Shown: positions 1 to 10,830 of the stretch, piece by piece
Position numbering within the stretch: the first letter of the stretch is position 1
How the letters are laid out: each line of letters opens with the position of its first letter
Assembly (NCBI GenBank): GCA_965222075.1
Contig: OZ244937.1
Coordinates: 640,001 to 704,000, forward strand
Origin: Candidatus Latescibacterota bacterium
GTDB lineage: Bacteria > Latescibacterota > UBA2968 > GCA-2709665
Reading direction: 5' to 3'
DNA: 64,000 nucleotides
Notes under the pieces: generated by a model
Database searches by the model: none
What the model saw: the letters and a program-made list of their open reading frames with translations, nothing else
What the model was told of the DNA's origin: nothing
Made by a program: the position numbers and the translations under genes

Positions 1-376
1 GGCGACGCTGGAGTTGGTGGATAACCCGCGCATGCGCACCCGGGTGTCCTGGGAGTGGCTCCAGGCGCTGGCGACGCTGGATGACTTCAGCCGGAGGGCA
101 GAGTTGCTGCGCAGCGTGGACCCCGCCCTGCTGGAGGAGGCGCTCTTAGATCGTTTAGCGCATCTGGATCTGCACACGATCTTATCGGCCGGTGAATTCA
201 GCATTTACCGCTTCCGGCTCTTTTCATCGGAGGGGATCGCCGGAGTCCGTCCCAGCGCCTTTATCGATGATCCGGAAATGGGCGAGGTGCTGGACGCGGT
301 GTACGAGGCGGTGCCCGACCTGCTGGGCGATATTGTGCGCGTGGCCTGGGAACGCGCTGGTGGGGAGACGGGATGA
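1..376 (+). CDS. Hypothetical protein, 5'-truncated by the window edge
   Basis: The frame is open from position 2 to TGA at 376. Its stop overlaps the next start (ATGA), implying coupling. Confidence 0.7.
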   Translation, partial: ATLELVDNPRMRTRVSWEWLQALATLDDFSRRAELLRSVDPALLEEALLDRLAHLDLHTILSAGEFSIYRFRLFSSEGIAGVRPSAFIDDPEMGEVLDAVYEAVPDLLGDIVRVAWERAGGETG

Positions 377-1296
377 ACCGGTTAGCGAAGCTGGATCTGG
401 ACCGCTTGCGGATCGATTCGGAGAGTTTCCTGGGGCAGGCGATTGCGCTTGGCGTCCGCTTCGAGAAGCTGCCCGAGAATGCCCCGGAGGCGATGCTGGC
501 GTATCTCCAAACGGCGGGTATGACCTTTGCGCAGCGGTACCGGATGGGGATCGGGATTTCTCGTGAGGGGCTCGAGCAGGGGGTGTGGCAGACCCTGGTC
601 TGTATGGAGCTGGGGCTGGAAGATAGGGCCGGAGGCGATCTGAATGCTGCGGTGGACCTGATTGCCGGAGGCGACTTCGAGGTTTTCCGGAAGCGGGGGT
701 GGGAGATCGCGTTCTTTCGTTTAGAAGAGATGCGGGAGACCTCTGCGTCGCTGTTGGAGCGTCCCGAGGCCGCGTTTTTGCAGAGGCACCTTAAGGATGC
801 CGGGCGGTGGGCGCACCTGACGCCCGAGACCTGGACGATTCCTCCGGAGGCCGATGGTGAGGACAAAGAGCGGATTGACCCTTTGAAAGATTACGCCGCG
901 TTCCGGGAGGTTAAGGCCCGGATGGACTTTCTGCGTTCCCTGCCGCAGGCGGCGTTCCGGGAACTTGGGCGCACCGCAGGAGAGGGCGCGGCGTTTGAAG
1001 ATCTGCTCCGAAACCTGATTCTTTCTCTGACGCTTGACCTGGAGACGTTGACGCCGGATGCGGGACAGGCGGCCGAGTTCCGGTCGCGCTGTTTTAAGGG
1101 CGGAGCGATGCGGCCACAGGCGCGCGAGAAGGTGCTGCGCCTGGTTGAGGACCACCTCAAATCAGCGGTGGACGGTGAGGCTGCCCGCGCGCAGATGCGG
1201 GATGAGGTGGCGGCCGAGCTGTTGGTTCTGGAAGAGGCGTCGGAAGCTGGCATGGAGGCATTTTTTATTCTGGCGGAGGACGCACGGGAACCGTGA
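373..1296 (+). CDS. Hypothetical helical protein (weak resemblance to DUF6178-like proteins)
   Basis: 307-aa ORF with an ATGA overlap. The segment MELGLEDRAGGDLNAAVDLIAGGDFEVFRKRGW resembles DUF6178-type motifs, from memory only. Confidence 0.6.
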   Translation: MNRLAKLDLDRLRIDSESFLGQAIALGVRFEKLPENAPEAMLAYLQTAGMTFAQRYRMGIGISREGLEQGVWQTLVCMELGLEDRAGGDLNAAVDLIAGGDFEVFRKRGWEIAFFRLEEMRETSASLLERPEAAFLQRHLKDAGRWAHLTPETWTIPPEADGEDKERIDPLKDYAAFREVKARMDFLRSLPQAAFRELGRTAGEGAAFEDLLRNLILSLTLDLETLTPDAGQAAEFRSRCFKGGAMRPQAREKVLRLVEDHLKSAVDGEAARAQMRDEVAAELLVLEEASEAGMEAFFILAEDAREP

Positions 1297-1357
1297 GGGT
1301 TGAGCATTCGGCCGGATGGGAGGACGATGCCCCCGAGCAGTGGATGGCCTACTATGA

Positions 1358-1567
<210 letters not shown>

Positions 1568-1800
1568 TGACATTCGTCGTGACATTGATCGCTGCCCACA
1601 TCGCGAGGCTTCGTCATTGGAAGAAGTCATCCGCAGGGAGAGACCGGCTGTAGGGCGACGATTTTGGCTGGCACCGACCGTCCGATTGATCCGCGTGACT
1701 TTTTGGCGAAATCTGTTATATTGCCTGTGGCCGGAGAGGAGATCAGGGCGTTTCCAAACGCACAGAGAGAATCAGAAACAGGTAGAGGAAAGGACCGTGT

Positions 1801-2844
1801 ATGACATTCCGAGTGGGTATCATCGGCTGCGGCCGCATGGCGAGTACGATCGAAGACGAGGTGCAGGGTTCCGGGCACAGCGGGTTGGTGCTGCCTTATT
1901 GTCACGCGGGCGGCTATCAGGCGGTGGTGGAGACGGAAATGGTGGCTGCCTGCGATGTTGTGCCCGAAAAGCTCCGGGCATTTCAGGAGCGGTGGAACGT
2001 GCCGAGGGGATACGCTGACTTCCGCGAGTTGATCCACAAAGAGAAACCGGATATTCTCAGCATTACCACCCGCCCGGAGCAGCATGCCGAGGCGATGATT
2101 TACGGGGCCGAACACGGTGTTAAAGGGATGTACGCCGAAAAGCCGCTGTGCTGTTCGCTGGTAGAGGCAGACGCCATCCGGGAGGCGTTTGAGCGCAACG
2201 GGGTTTTCCTGGAATTCGGCCCTATGCGGCGCAACTGGGCGGTTTACCGGCAGGCGCGGGATATTGCCACCAGCGGTGATCTGGGAGCGGTCAGGTCGGT
2301 GCTGGGTTTTTCGGGCAACAGTGTTGGCGGGCATTTCCTGGACACGCTGCTTTTTCTGCTGGGCGACCCGGAGCCGGTTTCAATTCGAGGGACGCTGGGC
2401 GAACTCCATCCGGCAGAGGACGACACGTCCGGTATGCGGTTCGTCAAGGATACGCCGATTCTGTCGGCATTGGTGGAATTCGACACCGGCGCCTGCCTGC
2501 ACGCGGCGGGCACAGGCTTGGGCAGGGAGTATGAACTGGTGTGCGAGGCCGGCATCATCCGCATCCAGAACGATGGGGAGTCGCTCAGTGTGCGCCGGGA
2601 AGAGGAAAGACGACGCGCGTACGATCCCGTTTCCGTAGAACCGGTCACGCCCTGGAGCGGCACAGCGCGCAAGATCTCCGAGCTGGTGGAGGCGATCAAG
2701 ACCGGGAAGCCGGGGGTGAGCAACCTGCGGGCGACGCTGCTGGGAACGGAGATCGGTTTCGGGATTTACGAGTCGCATTTGCGCGGGGGCGTGGCGGTTC
2801 AACCGCCGGTTCCGAACCGGGAGCGGTGGGTGTCGAGCTGGTGA
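1801..2844 (+). CDS. Gfo/Idh/MocA family oxidoreductase
   Basis: N-terminal Rossmann motif VGIIGCGRMA and the family EKP motif (YAEKPL); SD AGGA upstream. Confidence 0.9.
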   Translation: MTFRVGIIGCGRMASTIEDEVQGSGHSGLVLPYCHAGGYQAVVETEMVAACDVVPEKLRAFQERWNVPRGYADFRELIHKEKPDILSITTRPEQHAEAMIYGAEHGVKGMYAEKPLCCSLVEADAIREAFERNGVFLEFGPMRRNWAVYRQARDIATSGDLGAVRSVLGFSGNSVGGHFLDTLLFLLGDPEPVSIRGTLGELHPAEDDTSGMRFVKDTPILSALVEFDTGACLHAAGTGLGREYELVCEAGIIRIQNDGESLSVRREEERRRAYDPVSVEPVTPWSGTARKISELVEAIKTGKPGVSNLRATLLGTEIGFGIYESHLRGGVAVQPPVPNRERWVSSW

Positions 2845-2871
2845 GCCCTCACCCCGAAAAGGAGCAGGACG

Positions 2872-4332
2872 ATGAGGATTGTTACAGGGGGGATCAGTCA
2901 CGAGACGAGTACGTTTACGCCGGCGCGCACGACGCTGGAAAGCGCAAAGGAGCGGTTCGGGTACCTGCACGGGACAGAAATACTGGCAAAGTTCCGGGGT
3001 GCGAATACGCCTTTGGGGGGATTTATTGAGGGAGCGGAGGCGCACGGGTTCGAACTGATTCCCACGGCCTTCTGGGAGGCGCATCCGGGTGGGCCGCTTC
3101 CGAGGGATGCGTTTGATGCCATTCTGGATGCGCTGCTTGAGGGCATCGAGGCGGCCGGTGCGGTCGATGGGGTTCTGCTGGAGCTGCACGGGGCTATGGT
3201 GGCCGAGGGGGTTGACGATGGGGAGGGGCATATTCTGGCGGCGGTGCGGGAACTGGTGGGGCCGGAGGTGCCGGTTGTGGGGCAGCTGGATATCCATTCC
3301 AACGTGTCCCACCGGATGGTGGAGGGGGCGGACGTGTTGATCGGGCGGGAGACTTATCCGGAGGTGGATATGGCGCCGCGTGGACGGGAGTGTGCCGATG
3401 TGCTGGCTCGCATGGTGCGAGAGGGGCTGCGTCCGACGATGGCGCTGCACCGGGTTCCCATGGTGTGGGGGCTGAACCAGGTCACGGGACATTCACCCAT
3501 GCGGGAGGCGATTGCCCAACTGCACCGGATCGAGGCGCAGCCCGGGGTGGTGTGCGGTTCGATTGCAACCTGCTATCCCCTGGCCGATGTGCCCGATATG
3601 GGGGCTTCGGTCTACATTGTGACGGACAACGACCAGAGGCTGGCCCAGGCGTATGCGGATGAACTGGGTACGTGGATCTTTGAGCGGCGGGCAGACTGGC
3701 AGGTGGCGATGTCTCCTACCCGCGAGGCGCTGGAGGAGGCAGAGGCCGCAGGACGGTTTCCGGTGGTCCTGGCAGACCGAAACGACAATACCGGAGGCGG
3801 GTCTCCGGGGGACAGCACCGGGCTGCTCCAGGCGTTTGTGGATGCGGACCTGGAGGACGCCTGCGTGCTGTATATCGTCGATCCGGAGGCGGTCGGGCAG
3901 TGCAGGGAGGCCGGTGGGGGGGCGAGGTTGACCCTGGAGGTGGGCGGAAAATCAACGCCGCTGCAGGGGCAACCCGTGCGTATGGACTGCGAGGTTGTCG
4001 CGCTTTCGGACGGGCGCTTTCGGTACGATGGCCCGATGTACGCCGGGCTGGAGGGCAATATGGGGCCTTCCGCCCACGTCCGACAGGGTGGAATTCACGT
4101 TTTGCTGGTGACCCACCGGGAGCAACCCTTTGATACGGCGTTTGCACGGACGCTGGACCTGGACCCGCGCCGGATGCGGTACATCGGGGTGAAGTCGGCG
4201 GCGCATTTCCGGGCCGGGTTCGAGTCATGGGCCGGGACGATCACTGTGGTCGGGGAACCCAGCGTGCACGATGCCGGGAATCTGACCTTTCACCGGCTGG
4301 GGCGGAAGGTGTACCCACTGGACGATATGTAA
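2872..4332 (+). CDS. M81 family metallopeptidase (MlrC-like)
   Basis: HETSTF N-terminus, LHGAM, LDIHSN, TYPEVD, DNTGGGSPGDST and VKSAAHFRAGF are typical of MlrC. Confidence 0.9.
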   Translation: MRIVTGGISHETSTFTPARTTLESAKERFGYLHGTEILAKFRGANTPLGGFIEGAEAHGFELIPTAFWEAHPGGPLPRDAFDAILDALLEGIEAAGAVDGVLLELHGAMVAEGVDDGEGHILAAVRELVGPEVPVVGQLDIHSNVSHRMVEGADVLIGRETYPEVDMAPRGRECADVLARMVREGLRPTMALHRVPMVWGLNQVTGHSPMREAIAQLHRIEAQPGVVCGSIATCYPLADVPDMGASVYIVTDNDQRLAQAYADELGTWIFERRADWQVAMSPTREALEEAEAAGRFPVVLADRNDNTGGGSPGDSTGLLQAFVDADLEDACVLYIVDPEAVGQCREAGGGARLTLEVGGKSTPLQGQPVRMDCEVVALSDGRFRYDGPMYAGLEGNMGPSAHVRQGGIHVLLVTHREQPFDTAFARTLDLDPRRMRYIGVKSAAHFRAGFESWAGTITVVGEPSVHDAGNLTFHRLGRKVYPLDDM

Positions 4333-4362
4333 TGCTTGACCGGCTGTGAGGAGAGAGAAGTG

Positions 4363-5337
4363 ATGGAGGCTGACAGGATGCTGTATCTTTCCAGGAAAGA
4401 TGTGGAAGAGATCAATTTGACCATGGATGATATTATCGAGGCCCTCGACCAGATGTTCAAGGAGAAGGGGGCAGGCACGGTCGAAATGCCGCCCAAGCCG
4501 GGGATTCACACGCGGCCGGATGCGTTTATCCATGCGATGCCGGCCTATATTCCAAGCCTTGAAGCGGCCGGAATCAAGTGGATTTCCGGGTATCCCGAAA
4601 ATCAGCAGAAGGGACTGCCCTATATTACCGGACTGCTTGTGCTGAATGACCCGGAGACCGGCGTGCCGATCGCGGTGATGGACGCGATGTGGATTACGGC
4701 CATGCGCACAGGCGCTGCGACGGCGATTGCCGCCAGGTACCTTGCCCGAAAAGAGAGTTCGAGCGTGGGGATTATCGCGTGTGGGGTGCAGGGCAGGGGC
4801 AACCTGGAAGCGCTGTGCTGTCTTTTTGAGATTCAGAGGGTAAAGGCCTACGATATCTATCCGGAGATTGCGGCGCGCTATGCCAGGGAGATGGGGGAGA
4901 AACTCCAGGTTGACATCGAGCCGGTGAAGAACCTGCAGGACGCGGTGAAGGGTCTGGATATGGTGGTGACCAGCGGCCCGATTCTGAAGAATCCCACGCC
5001 GCCGATCGAACCGGGCTGGCTGGCCGAAGGGGCGTTCGCCAGCCCGGTGGATTTTGACGCATACTGGCAGGGAGCGGCGTTTAACGAAGGGGACAAGATC
5101 GCCACAGATGATCTCTCACAGATGGCGTATTACCGGCAGGAGGGATATTTTCAGGAGACGCCCGAGCCGTACGCGGACCTGGGCGAGATCGCTGTTGGAA
5201 AGAAACCGGGACGCGAGTCGGACGGGGAGCGCACCTTCGGCATCAACCTCGGGATTGCCTTAGAAGATATGGCCACGGCTATCCGGATTTACCGGGCGGC
5301 CGTAGAACGGGGGATCGGTACGGAACTTCCACTGTGA
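4363..5337 (+). CDS. Ornithine cyclodeaminase / mu-crystallin family protein
   Basis: AMPAY, GIKW, ITAMRTGAA, GIIACGVQG and C-terminal GIALEDMATA. Confidence 0.9.
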   Translation: MEADRMLYLSRKDVEEINLTMDDIIEALDQMFKEKGAGTVEMPPKPGIHTRPDAFIHAMPAYIPSLEAAGIKWISGYPENQQKGLPYITGLLVLNDPETGVPIAVMDAMWITAMRTGAATAIAARYLARKESSSVGIIACGVQGRGNLEALCCLFEIQRVKAYDIYPEIAARYAREMGEKLQVDIEPVKNLQDAVKGLDMVVTSGPILKNPTPPIEPGWLAEGAFASPVDFDAYWQGAAFNEGDKIATDDLSQMAYYRQEGYFQETPEPYADLGEIAVGKKPGRESDGERTFGINLGIALEDMATAIRIYRAAVERGIGTELPL

Positions 5338-5398
5338 ACGCCCCCTCCCCGACACGGGAAGGGGGGCCAGGGGAGTAGGTTGTCTAAGGAGATACACA

Positions 5399-6736
5399 AT
5401 GGTCACTGCGAAAGCCGGTTGGACCGAGATTGACATCACACCGCCGCTGGGCATGCCTATGGGCGGGAGGGGACCGCAGTTTACGCCCGGCGCTTCGGTG
5501 CTGGATCCGCTGATCGCCCAGGCCCTGGTCCTGGAAGACGCCGAAGGCCGGCGCACGCTGTGGATCTCGATGGATATGATCGGCCTGTCGTACACTATGT
5601 CGAGCATGTTTCGGTATGAACTGGCGGCGATGACCGGCATTCCATACGAGGCGATCGTCCTGAACTTCTCGCACACGCACAGCGGGCCGATGACAGGATT
5701 TGAGGGATACGCCACCGAGACGCCCAAACCGGAGGCGCTTCAGGCCTATGAGGCCGGGCTTATTCCCAGAACCGTGCGAATGGCCTGCGAGGCGGTCGAA
5801 AACCTGCAGCCGGTCACGGTTCGACTGCACAGGGGGCAATCGGATATCGGGATCAACCGCCGCAGGCGCAACCAGGCGGGGGAGATGACGATGGGGCCGA
5901 ATCCGGAGGGAGTATACAACCCGGACCTGTGGGTGCTGGATATCGCTGCCGAAGCCTCAGGTGGTCGCTGCGTTGTGTTCTGTTACGGCTGCCACCCGGT
6001 GATTGTGTACGGGTTTGCGTATGACGGCATCTCGGCGGACTATCCCGGTGTGTGCCGCGGCCGGCTTGAAGAGGCACTCGGTCAGGGGACGCACACCCAG
6101 TTCATCCAGGGGCTGGCGGGGAACGTTCGACCGCGTTTGCTGGCCGACCTGGAGACGGGCAGGTTTCAGAAACCGACGCCTGAGGATCCGGTGGCAGTGG
6201 GCGCGCAGCTGGCCGGGGATGTGATCGACGCGCTCAACAGCGAGGGTGAAACGCTGGAACTCGACCTTGCAGCAGCGGCCGGATTTGCCCGGGCCCCGAG
6301 GGATCAGGCAAAGGTCCTTCCCATTGCGCACTGGCAGTCGCTGGCCGAAAGCGAGAACGAAGTGAGCCGCAACCTGGGTCGGTACTGGGTAAATCGCTTT
6401 CGGTCAGGCCTGTCCCCGGTTCAGGTGGTGCCCTGGGGAATTGGACTGGTGCGTCTGACCCGAAAACACAGCGTTGCCTGGCTGGCCGGTGAGGTGCTGG
6501 CCGAGTGGCTGGGGCATTTGAGGGACTGGCTGGAGGATGCGCGCCTCATCGCCTGGGGGTACTGCCAGGACGGCAGGGGGTACATGCCGACGGATGAGAT
6601 CATCCCGGAGGGGGGATACGAGGTGATCCGGTCGAATACGTTCAATAAGACCGGTCCGGGACCGTTTGGTGCGGGGATCAACGAGACGGCGCGGCAGGGT
6701 TTTCTGGGGCTGGCGAGACAGCTTGAGGGGGGGTAA
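5399..6736 (+). CDS. Neutral/alkaline ceramidase-like hydrolase
   Basis: DITPP, DPLIAQAL, SHTHSGP, NRR, CHP, ISADYPG, QGLAGN and GYMPT..EGGYE motifs. Confidence 0.8.
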   Translation: MVTAKAGWTEIDITPPLGMPMGGRGPQFTPGASVLDPLIAQALVLEDAEGRRTLWISMDMIGLSYTMSSMFRYELAAMTGIPYEAIVLNFSHTHSGPMTGFEGYATETPKPEALQAYEAGLIPRTVRMACEAVENLQPVTVRLHRGQSDIGINRRRRNQAGEMTMGPNPEGVYNPDLWVLDIAAEASGGRCVVFCYGCHPVIVYGFAYDGISADYPGVCRGRLEEALGQGTHTQFIQGLAGNVRPRLLADLETGRFQKPTPEDPVAVGAQLAGDVIDALNSEGETLELDLAAAAGFARAPRDQAKVLPIAHWQSLAESENEVSRNLGRYWVNRFRSGLSPVQVVPWGIGLVRLTRKHSVAWLAGEVLAEWLGHLRDWLEDARLIAWGYCQDGRGYMPTDEIIPEGGYEVIRSNTFNKTGPGPFGAGINETARQGFLGLARQLEGG

Positions 6737-6834
6737 GGGGGGGGTGTGAGCCGGAGGCGGGCTCCCCGGGATGGTATGACGGGGCATCACTGGTGGTTGC
6801 TTTTGCGTATTTATGACAAGGAGGAGGATATTCA

Positions 6835-8073
6835 ATGCTGGCAATCGATGGCGGTGAGAAAGTGCGTTCGACCCCGTTTCCAAGACGGCGCCTTTTTGGC
6901 GAGGAGGAGAAGCAGGCCGCTCTGGCCCTGTTTGACGAGAGCATCGAAAGCGGGAATGCATTCGGATATGGAGGACCGGAAGAACAGGCTTACGAACGCG
7001 ATTTTGGGGATTTTATGGGGGGAGGATATGCGGATCTGGTCAATTCGGGGACGTCGGCGCTTTTCGTAGCGCTGCACGCTTTAGAGCTGGAGGTGCCCGG
7101 CGAGGTGGTGGTCCCGCCCATTACCGACCCGGGGGGCGCGATGCCTGTTGCGCTGCTGAATCTGGTGCCGGTGGTGGCCGATGCTGAACCGGGTACGTTT
7201 CATGCAGGTGCGGAGCAGATCGAGGCGGTGTTGACACCCTATACCCGCGCGGTTGTTGTGGCGCATATTGCGGGCGAGCCGGCGGATATGGACCCGATCT
7301 TAGAACTGGCCGGGTCGCGGGGGCTGCCGGTGATTGAGGACTGCGCCCAGGCTCACGGCGCAACTTACAAGGGCAAGACGGTGGGGTCGCTGGGGACGCT
7401 GGGCGTTTTCTCAACGATGAGCGGCAAACACCACGCCACGGGTCCTCAGGGAGGGGTGGTCTTTACCAGAGACGAGGATCTCTACTGGCGGGTTAAACGG
7501 TTTTCCGACCGGGGAAAGCCCTTTAACCTTGAAGGGGACGCTCAGAGCAATGTGAGGGCCAGCCTGAATCTGAACGGCAACGATCTGGCCGCTGCGGTCG
7601 GGCGGGTGCAGCTGCGCAAGCTGGAGGGAATTACACAGCGCCGCCGGAAGGTTGCACAGGGGATCGAGGAGGGGACTGCCCACCTGCAGGCGGTCTCCAT
7701 CGGACGGCAGGCGCCGAATACGGAATCGGTCTACTGGTTCATGCGGTTTCACGTGGATGCCTCGAAGCTGACGGTGGATAAAGACAGGTTCGCAAAGGCC
7801 GTAGCAGCCGAAGGCATCCCGGTAAGCGTCTCTTACCGCCATATCCCTTCGGAAGCGACCTGGTTCCGTGAACGCAAGGTTTTCGGAAACAGCGACTATC
7901 CCTGGGGGCTGCCGGCGTACCAGGGCGACCGCGATGCAACATTTCCCTGTCCCAATGCGGTGGAAGCCGCCGAGACCCATTTTACGATGTCGATCCACGA
8001 GAACTACGGGCCGCAGGAAGTAGAGGATGTGGTCAGGGCGCTGGAGAAGGTGGAGAAGGCGTATTTGAAATAG
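6835..8073 (+). CDS. DegT/DnrJ/EryC1/StrS family PLP-dependent aminotransferase
   Basis: LAIDGG start, NSGTSAL, IEDCAQAHGA, and the PLP lysine in FSTMSGKHH. Confidence 0.9.
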   Translation: MLAIDGGEKVRSTPFPRRRLFGEEEKQAALALFDESIESGNAFGYGGPEEQAYERDFGDFMGGGYADLVNSGTSALFVALHALELEVPGEVVVPPITDPGGAMPVALLNLVPVVADAEPGTFHAGAEQIEAVLTPYTRAVVVAHIAGEPADMDPILELAGSRGLPVIEDCAQAHGATYKGKTVGSLGTLGVFSTMSGKHHATGPQGGVVFTRDEDLYWRVKRFSDRGKPFNLEGDAQSNVRASLNLNGNDLAAAVGRVQLRKLEGITQRRRKVAQGIEEGTAHLQAVSIGRQAPNTESVYWFMRFHVDASKLTVDKDRFAKAVAAEGIPVSVSYRHIPSEATWFRERKVFGNSDYPWGLPAYQGDRDATFPCPNAVEAAETHFTMSIHENYGPQEVEDVVRALEKVEKAYLK

Positions 8074-8119
8074 TTTCGGGTTGAGGTCGGGGGGCGACCC
8101 TCAACTGGAAGGGAGAGAT

Positions 8120-10204
8120 ATGGCTGTGCCAGTGGAAGTAAAAAAGATCAGCACGGTTCTAACGGCTGTTGAGATCTACAAGACCTCGAAGATCCACGAT
8201 CTCTGGATGGGTGACGCCGAGGAGGGGATTCACCTTTTTCGCGGGGATGTGGTGGAGAACGACAGTCCCGGCGCCGGGCGTTCAGACGCAGAAGGCAGGG
8301 AGCCGTTTATCGAGGTCTCCGGATCAATGGTGCTGCGCAAGGCGCTTCGATTGGACAGCCGGCCCGTTGGAGGGGTGCGGATCGCGTTTATCGGACGGGA
8401 GCGGAAGGGGCACGAGGCGACCCTGAGGTTTGCGGTGAACGGGCAGGAGGTTCTGCGGCCGCCTTCGCCTGTTGCCACGCCGGAGGCCCGGCAGTACTGG
8501 GAGCTGGTTTCGGATGAAGGGGCGTGGAGCTGGAGCCGGTGGTACTACGTAGAGGTTCCGCCGGAGGCCCTGAGGGAGGGGGACAATGAGATTAGGGTAC
8601 AGGCTGTTGACGGCCGCCTCGGGTGGAGTTTGATGGTGGCGGATGATCGAGATTTCGAAACGGGGATGCTGGACCCGGTGGTGCTGCCGAAGACCAGCAG
8701 CATCAGCCGGGACGAAGCGTGGGCGCCGGAGCGGGGTGAATACGTGGTGCGCCTGGCCCTGGACGAGTTTCGGGGAAATGGGGAGGTGGTTTCCGCGATT
8801 ATCGACGCCGCCGGTGAAGAGGACACGGCTGTGAAGCGCAGACGCTGCCTGAAGGCGCTGCGCCTTGACCGGGAGACCGGGATGCCGGCGGGGACTGAGA
8901 TTCGGTTTCAGGTTCGCACCGGAGCACGGTCGGTTTACGATGCGAAGCACTGGGGTGAGTGGGCGCCGTGTGACTCCGGGCAGCCCGTAGAAGAGATCGC
9001 AGGGCGCTATGTGCAGTGGAAGGCCGAGTTCTCAACCGAAGATGGATTACAGACGCCGCTGTTGAAGGGTGTGCGTCTGGATGCTGAGGTTGTGGATGAG
9101 GTGAGCGCTCCACTGCGTATTGTGAAGGCGCAGAACGCCCGGATTCTCCGTCCGTCTTATGAATTTGCGCACGAGGACTACGGGTGCGAGATGCTGCAGG
9201 AACTTCGGGAGCGTTTTGAGCTGGAGGCAGTCGTGGCGGGCGCACAGACCGAGTTTGAAAAGATCGAGCGGCTTATGGAATGGGCCTACACTGTCCCGCT
9301 GGGAGACTGTGTCCACTTTCCCTGGAATGTTCTGGACTGGTTGGTGCTGGAGCGCGATGAGCAGGGGGCGATCAGGATGAACGAGTACCGGCAGCGCAGG
9401 AGGGACCGGATGTGTCTTTATCCCAATGTGGTGCTGGTGGCCGCCTGTCTGAGTATGGGCATTCCGGCCCGGCACGTGAACTTCCACAGCGAAGGGATGA
9501 CCGGTCACGAGATTGCCGAGGTCTGGTCCAATGATTATCGAAAGTGGGTGCATTTGGATGCGACCAGAGACTATTACTGGTACGATCCGGCCACGCGGGC
9601 GCCGCTGGATACACTGGAGATCCACCAGGCGCTGGCGGACAGGTTAGAGCAGATCGAGCGCTGGGACCGGCCCTATCTCTTCCGGCAGGATCTGGACGCG
9701 CTGGTGGTGGACCTGCCCATCGCTTTCCGAGAAGGCAGCTACGAATGCTCTGTTGAAGAAGGAGCGTTTTTCCTGTTCCGCTCGTTCTGTCACTTCCGCA
9801 TGGTGCCGCGTACCAATACCTTCAGCCAGGCGCGCCCTCTGCCCGTGAGCCAGGGGACGGAGGTCTGGGCGTGGAACGGGTACCTCAACTGGGCAGACGA
9901 TCAGGTGCCGCCGCTGCTGCATTTCAGCCGTCATACCAACAGGCGGGCGGATTTTTATCCGACGCTGAACCAGACGCGGTACACCATCGAGCAGGGCGAA
10001 GACCCCGGAGCGTTGGAGGTCTGTCTGGAGACGGATACGCCCCGGTTTGCGTGTTACCTGGCCAGGGTGGACAAAGGGGGCTGGGAGGAGCGGCCGGACC
10101 ATTTCCAGTGGCCGCTGCACGAGGGGCTGAATACCCTTCAGGTGCGGTCTCGCAACAGCGCCGGTGTTGAGGGGATTATCAGCAGCGTGGCCGTGGCGGT
10201 CTGA
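8120..10204 (+). CDS. Transglutaminase-like domain protein
   Basis: Cys-His-Asp triad motifs RMCLYP..GIPARHV..GHEIAEVWSNDYRKWVHLD; SD GGAG before ATG 8120. Confidence 0.8.
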   Translation: MAVPVEVKKISTVLTAVEIYKTSKIHDLWMGDAEEGIHLFRGDVVENDSPGAGRSDAEGREPFIEVSGSMVLRKALRLDSRPVGGVRIAFIGRERKGHEATLRFAVNGQEVLRPPSPVATPEARQYWELVSDEGAWSWSRWYYVEVPPEALREGDNEIRVQAVDGRLGWSLMVADDRDFETGMLDPVVLPKTSSISRDEAWAPERGEYVVRLALDEFRGNGEVVSAIIDAAGEEDTAVKRRRCLKALRLDRETGMPAGTEIRFQVRTGARSVYDAKHWGEWAPCDSGQPVEEIAGRYVQWKAEFSTEDGLQTPLLKGVRLDAEVVDEVSAPLRIVKAQNARILRPSYEFAHEDYGCEMLQELRERFELEAVVAGAQTEFEKIERLMEWAYTVPLGDCVHFPWNVLDWLVLERDEQGAIRMNEYRQRRRDRMCLYPNVVLVAACLSMGIPARHVNFHSEGMTGHEIAEVWSNDYRKWVHLDATRDYYWYDPATRAPLDTLEIHQALADRLEQIERWDRPYLFRQDLDALVVDLPIAFREGSYECSVEEGAFFLFRSFCHFRMVPRTNTFSQARPLPVSQGTEVWAWNGYLNWADDQVPPLLHFSRHTNRRADFYPTLNQTRYTIEQGEDPGALEVCLETDTPRFACYLARVDKGGWEERPDHFQWPLHEGLNTLQVRSRNSAGVEGIISSVAVAV

Positions 10205-10249
10205 CTCCGCTCGGTAAGATACCCGGGTCCAGCTGTTCTTTTGTTCTTG

Positions 10250-10430
10250 GCCTTTTTCTTGCTCGCCCAAGAAAAAGGCCCAAAAAGAAGGGCGCCGCTC
10301 AGACGCCGCGGGGGCTGCTTTTCCGCGAACTGCCTTTGTGGTGGAAGCAGGCGTTTCTGCCCTGCGGACCTTTGGGGCGTTTTTGGGCGCAGGTGCTGGG
10401 GGGATCTGCGCGGAAAAGCCCCTTCCCCCC
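10250..10430. repeat. Structured dispersed repeat, copy 1 (REP-like)
   Basis: Hairpin GGCCTTTTTCTTG..CAAGAAAAAGGCC. The 89-nt core 10337-10425 aligns without gaps to 14351-14439. Confidence 0.65.
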
Positions 10431-10682
10431 ACCCCGAAGGCGGGGGAGGCGAGACGCGGGAGAGGGTGTGTCCGGTTACAGCACAGGTCTGTCAACGCAA
10501 CTCTTTTTATCATTAGATCTGCTGGAGCACGCTGTAGTGCGTCCACAGGTCGATTTTCAGGATCGTTCGAGTTGTGTCTGCCTGTCTATCTCCTCCAGGA
10601 TGTTCAATCCCATTATTTAGATGTCCTTCTCGTGTCTGGGAGAGATGCAGGCGAATCCGGATGTTTATTGCTGTGAACGGTT

Positions 10683-10830
10683 AAAGCCATCCTCGCCAGG
10701 ATGGTTTTTTAATATCGCCACCAAAAGGCCACGGCGCGAGTGGGGTGCCGTGGCCTTTTTCTATTCATCTGAGAGGGTTCAAAAAAAAAGGCCCTCGCGC
10801 GAGTCGTTGGCGGGACGACGCGAGGGCTCC
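10683..10830. terminator. Three tandem terminator-like hairpins (possible 3' end of a minus-strand sRNA)
   Basis: Stems CCATCCT/AGGATGG, GGCCACGGC/GCCGTGGCC and GCCCTCGCG/CGCGAGGGC, each flanked by A or T runs. Confidence 0.6.
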
